Shown here piece after piece: positions 63,002 through 64,000 of a stretch of DNA of 64,000 bases (its first letter is position 1; every line of letters starts with the position of its first letter). Source of the DNA: Lingula anatina (lineage: Eukaryota; Animalia; Brachiopoda); NCBI GenBank assembly GCA_051362555.1, contig CM120647.1, positions 17,894,651-17,958,650 on the forward strand, written 5' to 3'. The notes beneath the pieces were generated by a model. The model searched no databases. It was not told the origin of the DNA and saw only the letters and a program-made list of their open reading frames with translations. The translations under genes were made by a program, and so were the position numbers.

Positions 63002-63615
63002 GTGAGTATATAATCTTGTGTTTTATTTGGTTTAATATTCAACCATAATATAATAATAAAACTGCAACCAAAGGCATACAAATATAACGAAATGGTAAAG
63101 GATATAGGAAATTTGTTAAAAATTTTTGTATCAAATCTATATTCCAAAAATTAAAAGTACGTACTCCACTTAAAAATTTGTTATTCATCGTGAGGTTAGT
63201 TACTTTCAGCTGTATGCATATATTTCTCATTTCTAAATAATCGCTCAGTTTTAAAAGAATCAAGATACATTTACACCCCAAGCGTCTCCCTGGTACCGGT
63301 ATGTCAGAAAAAAATATTGACATTTTATTTGTTTTTTTTTAAAGTTTTTTTTAGCTGACTTTCCTGTAGTGAAGGGCACATGCCCCCACCCCGGTACGGG
63401 ATCTGGAGTAATAAAAAGACGTGTAGAGTCCATGGTTTAATGTGTCAGTGTGCATTAAAAAATAATAGAAATAAAAATAAATAATTAAACATGACTTTAG
63501 GGCATTTTCTAACGCGTATTAAATAACTTTTAGTAATTTTTTAATAACTTTTGGGATATTACATTCGCTTTCTTATGTTATTTCCAGAATATTGCAACTT
63601 TGCAACCAAGACAGC

Positions 63616-64000
63616 ATGTACGGAAGAGTTCCTCTTGCGCTGTTGCTACTGGCAACCACAGCCAGTGCTGTACCCTGGTGGTATTCCGACATGAAGCCTC
63701 CAATAGAAAGTCCCACCAACCAAGCTAGCAACCCGGGAGCTCAACCTAGCAACAACAACAACAATAACCAAAGATATGGCTTCTTCTTGTACAACCCTAA
63801 CAACAACAACAACAACAACAACAATAACAACAATAATAACAACAACAACAATAATAACAACAACGACAACAGCAACAACAACAACAATAAATACAACAAT
63901 AACAATAATAACAACAATAACAATCAATCACCTGACATCAGTGGAGCTTCGGTGATCAATGTGCCATTGAACAGTGCGCGCCGCGGGGGGTCTAAATCAG
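63616..64000 (+). CDS. Secreted Asn-rich protein, 5' part only (runs off the window)
   Basis: Reads MYGRVPLALLLLATTASA-VPWWYSDMKPPIESPTNQASNPGAQPSNNNNNNQRYGFFLYNP(N-rich tract)QSPDISGASVINVPLNSARRGGSKS and is open to the window end. It has a clear signal peptide and mixed AAC/AAT codons. Confidence 0.8.
   Translation, partial: MYGRVPLALLLLATTASAVPWWYSDMKPPIESPTNQASNPGAQPSNNNNNNQRYGFFLYNPNNNNNNNNNNNNNNNNNNNNNNDNSNNNNNKYNNNNNNNNNNQSPDISGASVINVPLNSARRGGSKS

Noticed and set aside
63646-63927. Minus-strand poly-Val and poly-Leu ORFs
   Set aside because: Antisense of the AAC/AAT tract; the plus frame has the signal peptide and splice context.

Overview
AT-rich eukaryotic DNA with GT-AG introns, microsatellites and many non-autonomous DNA transposons. 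It looks like an invertebrate metazoan, but I cannot fix the taxon from sequence. From left to right: (1) The right end of a DNA transposon (1-1040). (2) A four-unit tandem array (1041-21660). Each unit holds a two-exon minus-strand gene for a type II membrane protein with a cytoplasmic Tyr-motif (ITAM/ITIM-like) tail, a TM helix, a CxCxC neck and a Thr/Ser/Glu/Met mucin stalk. Copies 3 and 4 end in SPW-G-RRKKRK, which resembles an amidation signal; copies 1 and 2 have lost this end through a shared nonsense codon plus frameshift. (3) A duplicated block (22.8-31.7 kb) with decayed class-A GPCR-like fragments, a signal-peptide-bearing SCP-type EF-hand gene and a dead duplicate of its exon 1. 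(4) A 10-exon, probably GPI-anchored MMP with atypical catalytic-domain loops and a long Thr-rich hinge. (5) A proteinase-K/PCSK9-like subtilase with 8 coding exons, a poly-Ser/poly-Arg N-terminal extension and a duplicated splice acceptor whose first copy leads to a stop. (6) The start of a secreted poly-Asn protein that runs off the window and is missing from the ORF track. All gene models were spliced by hand and family calls come from motif recognition, not database searches.
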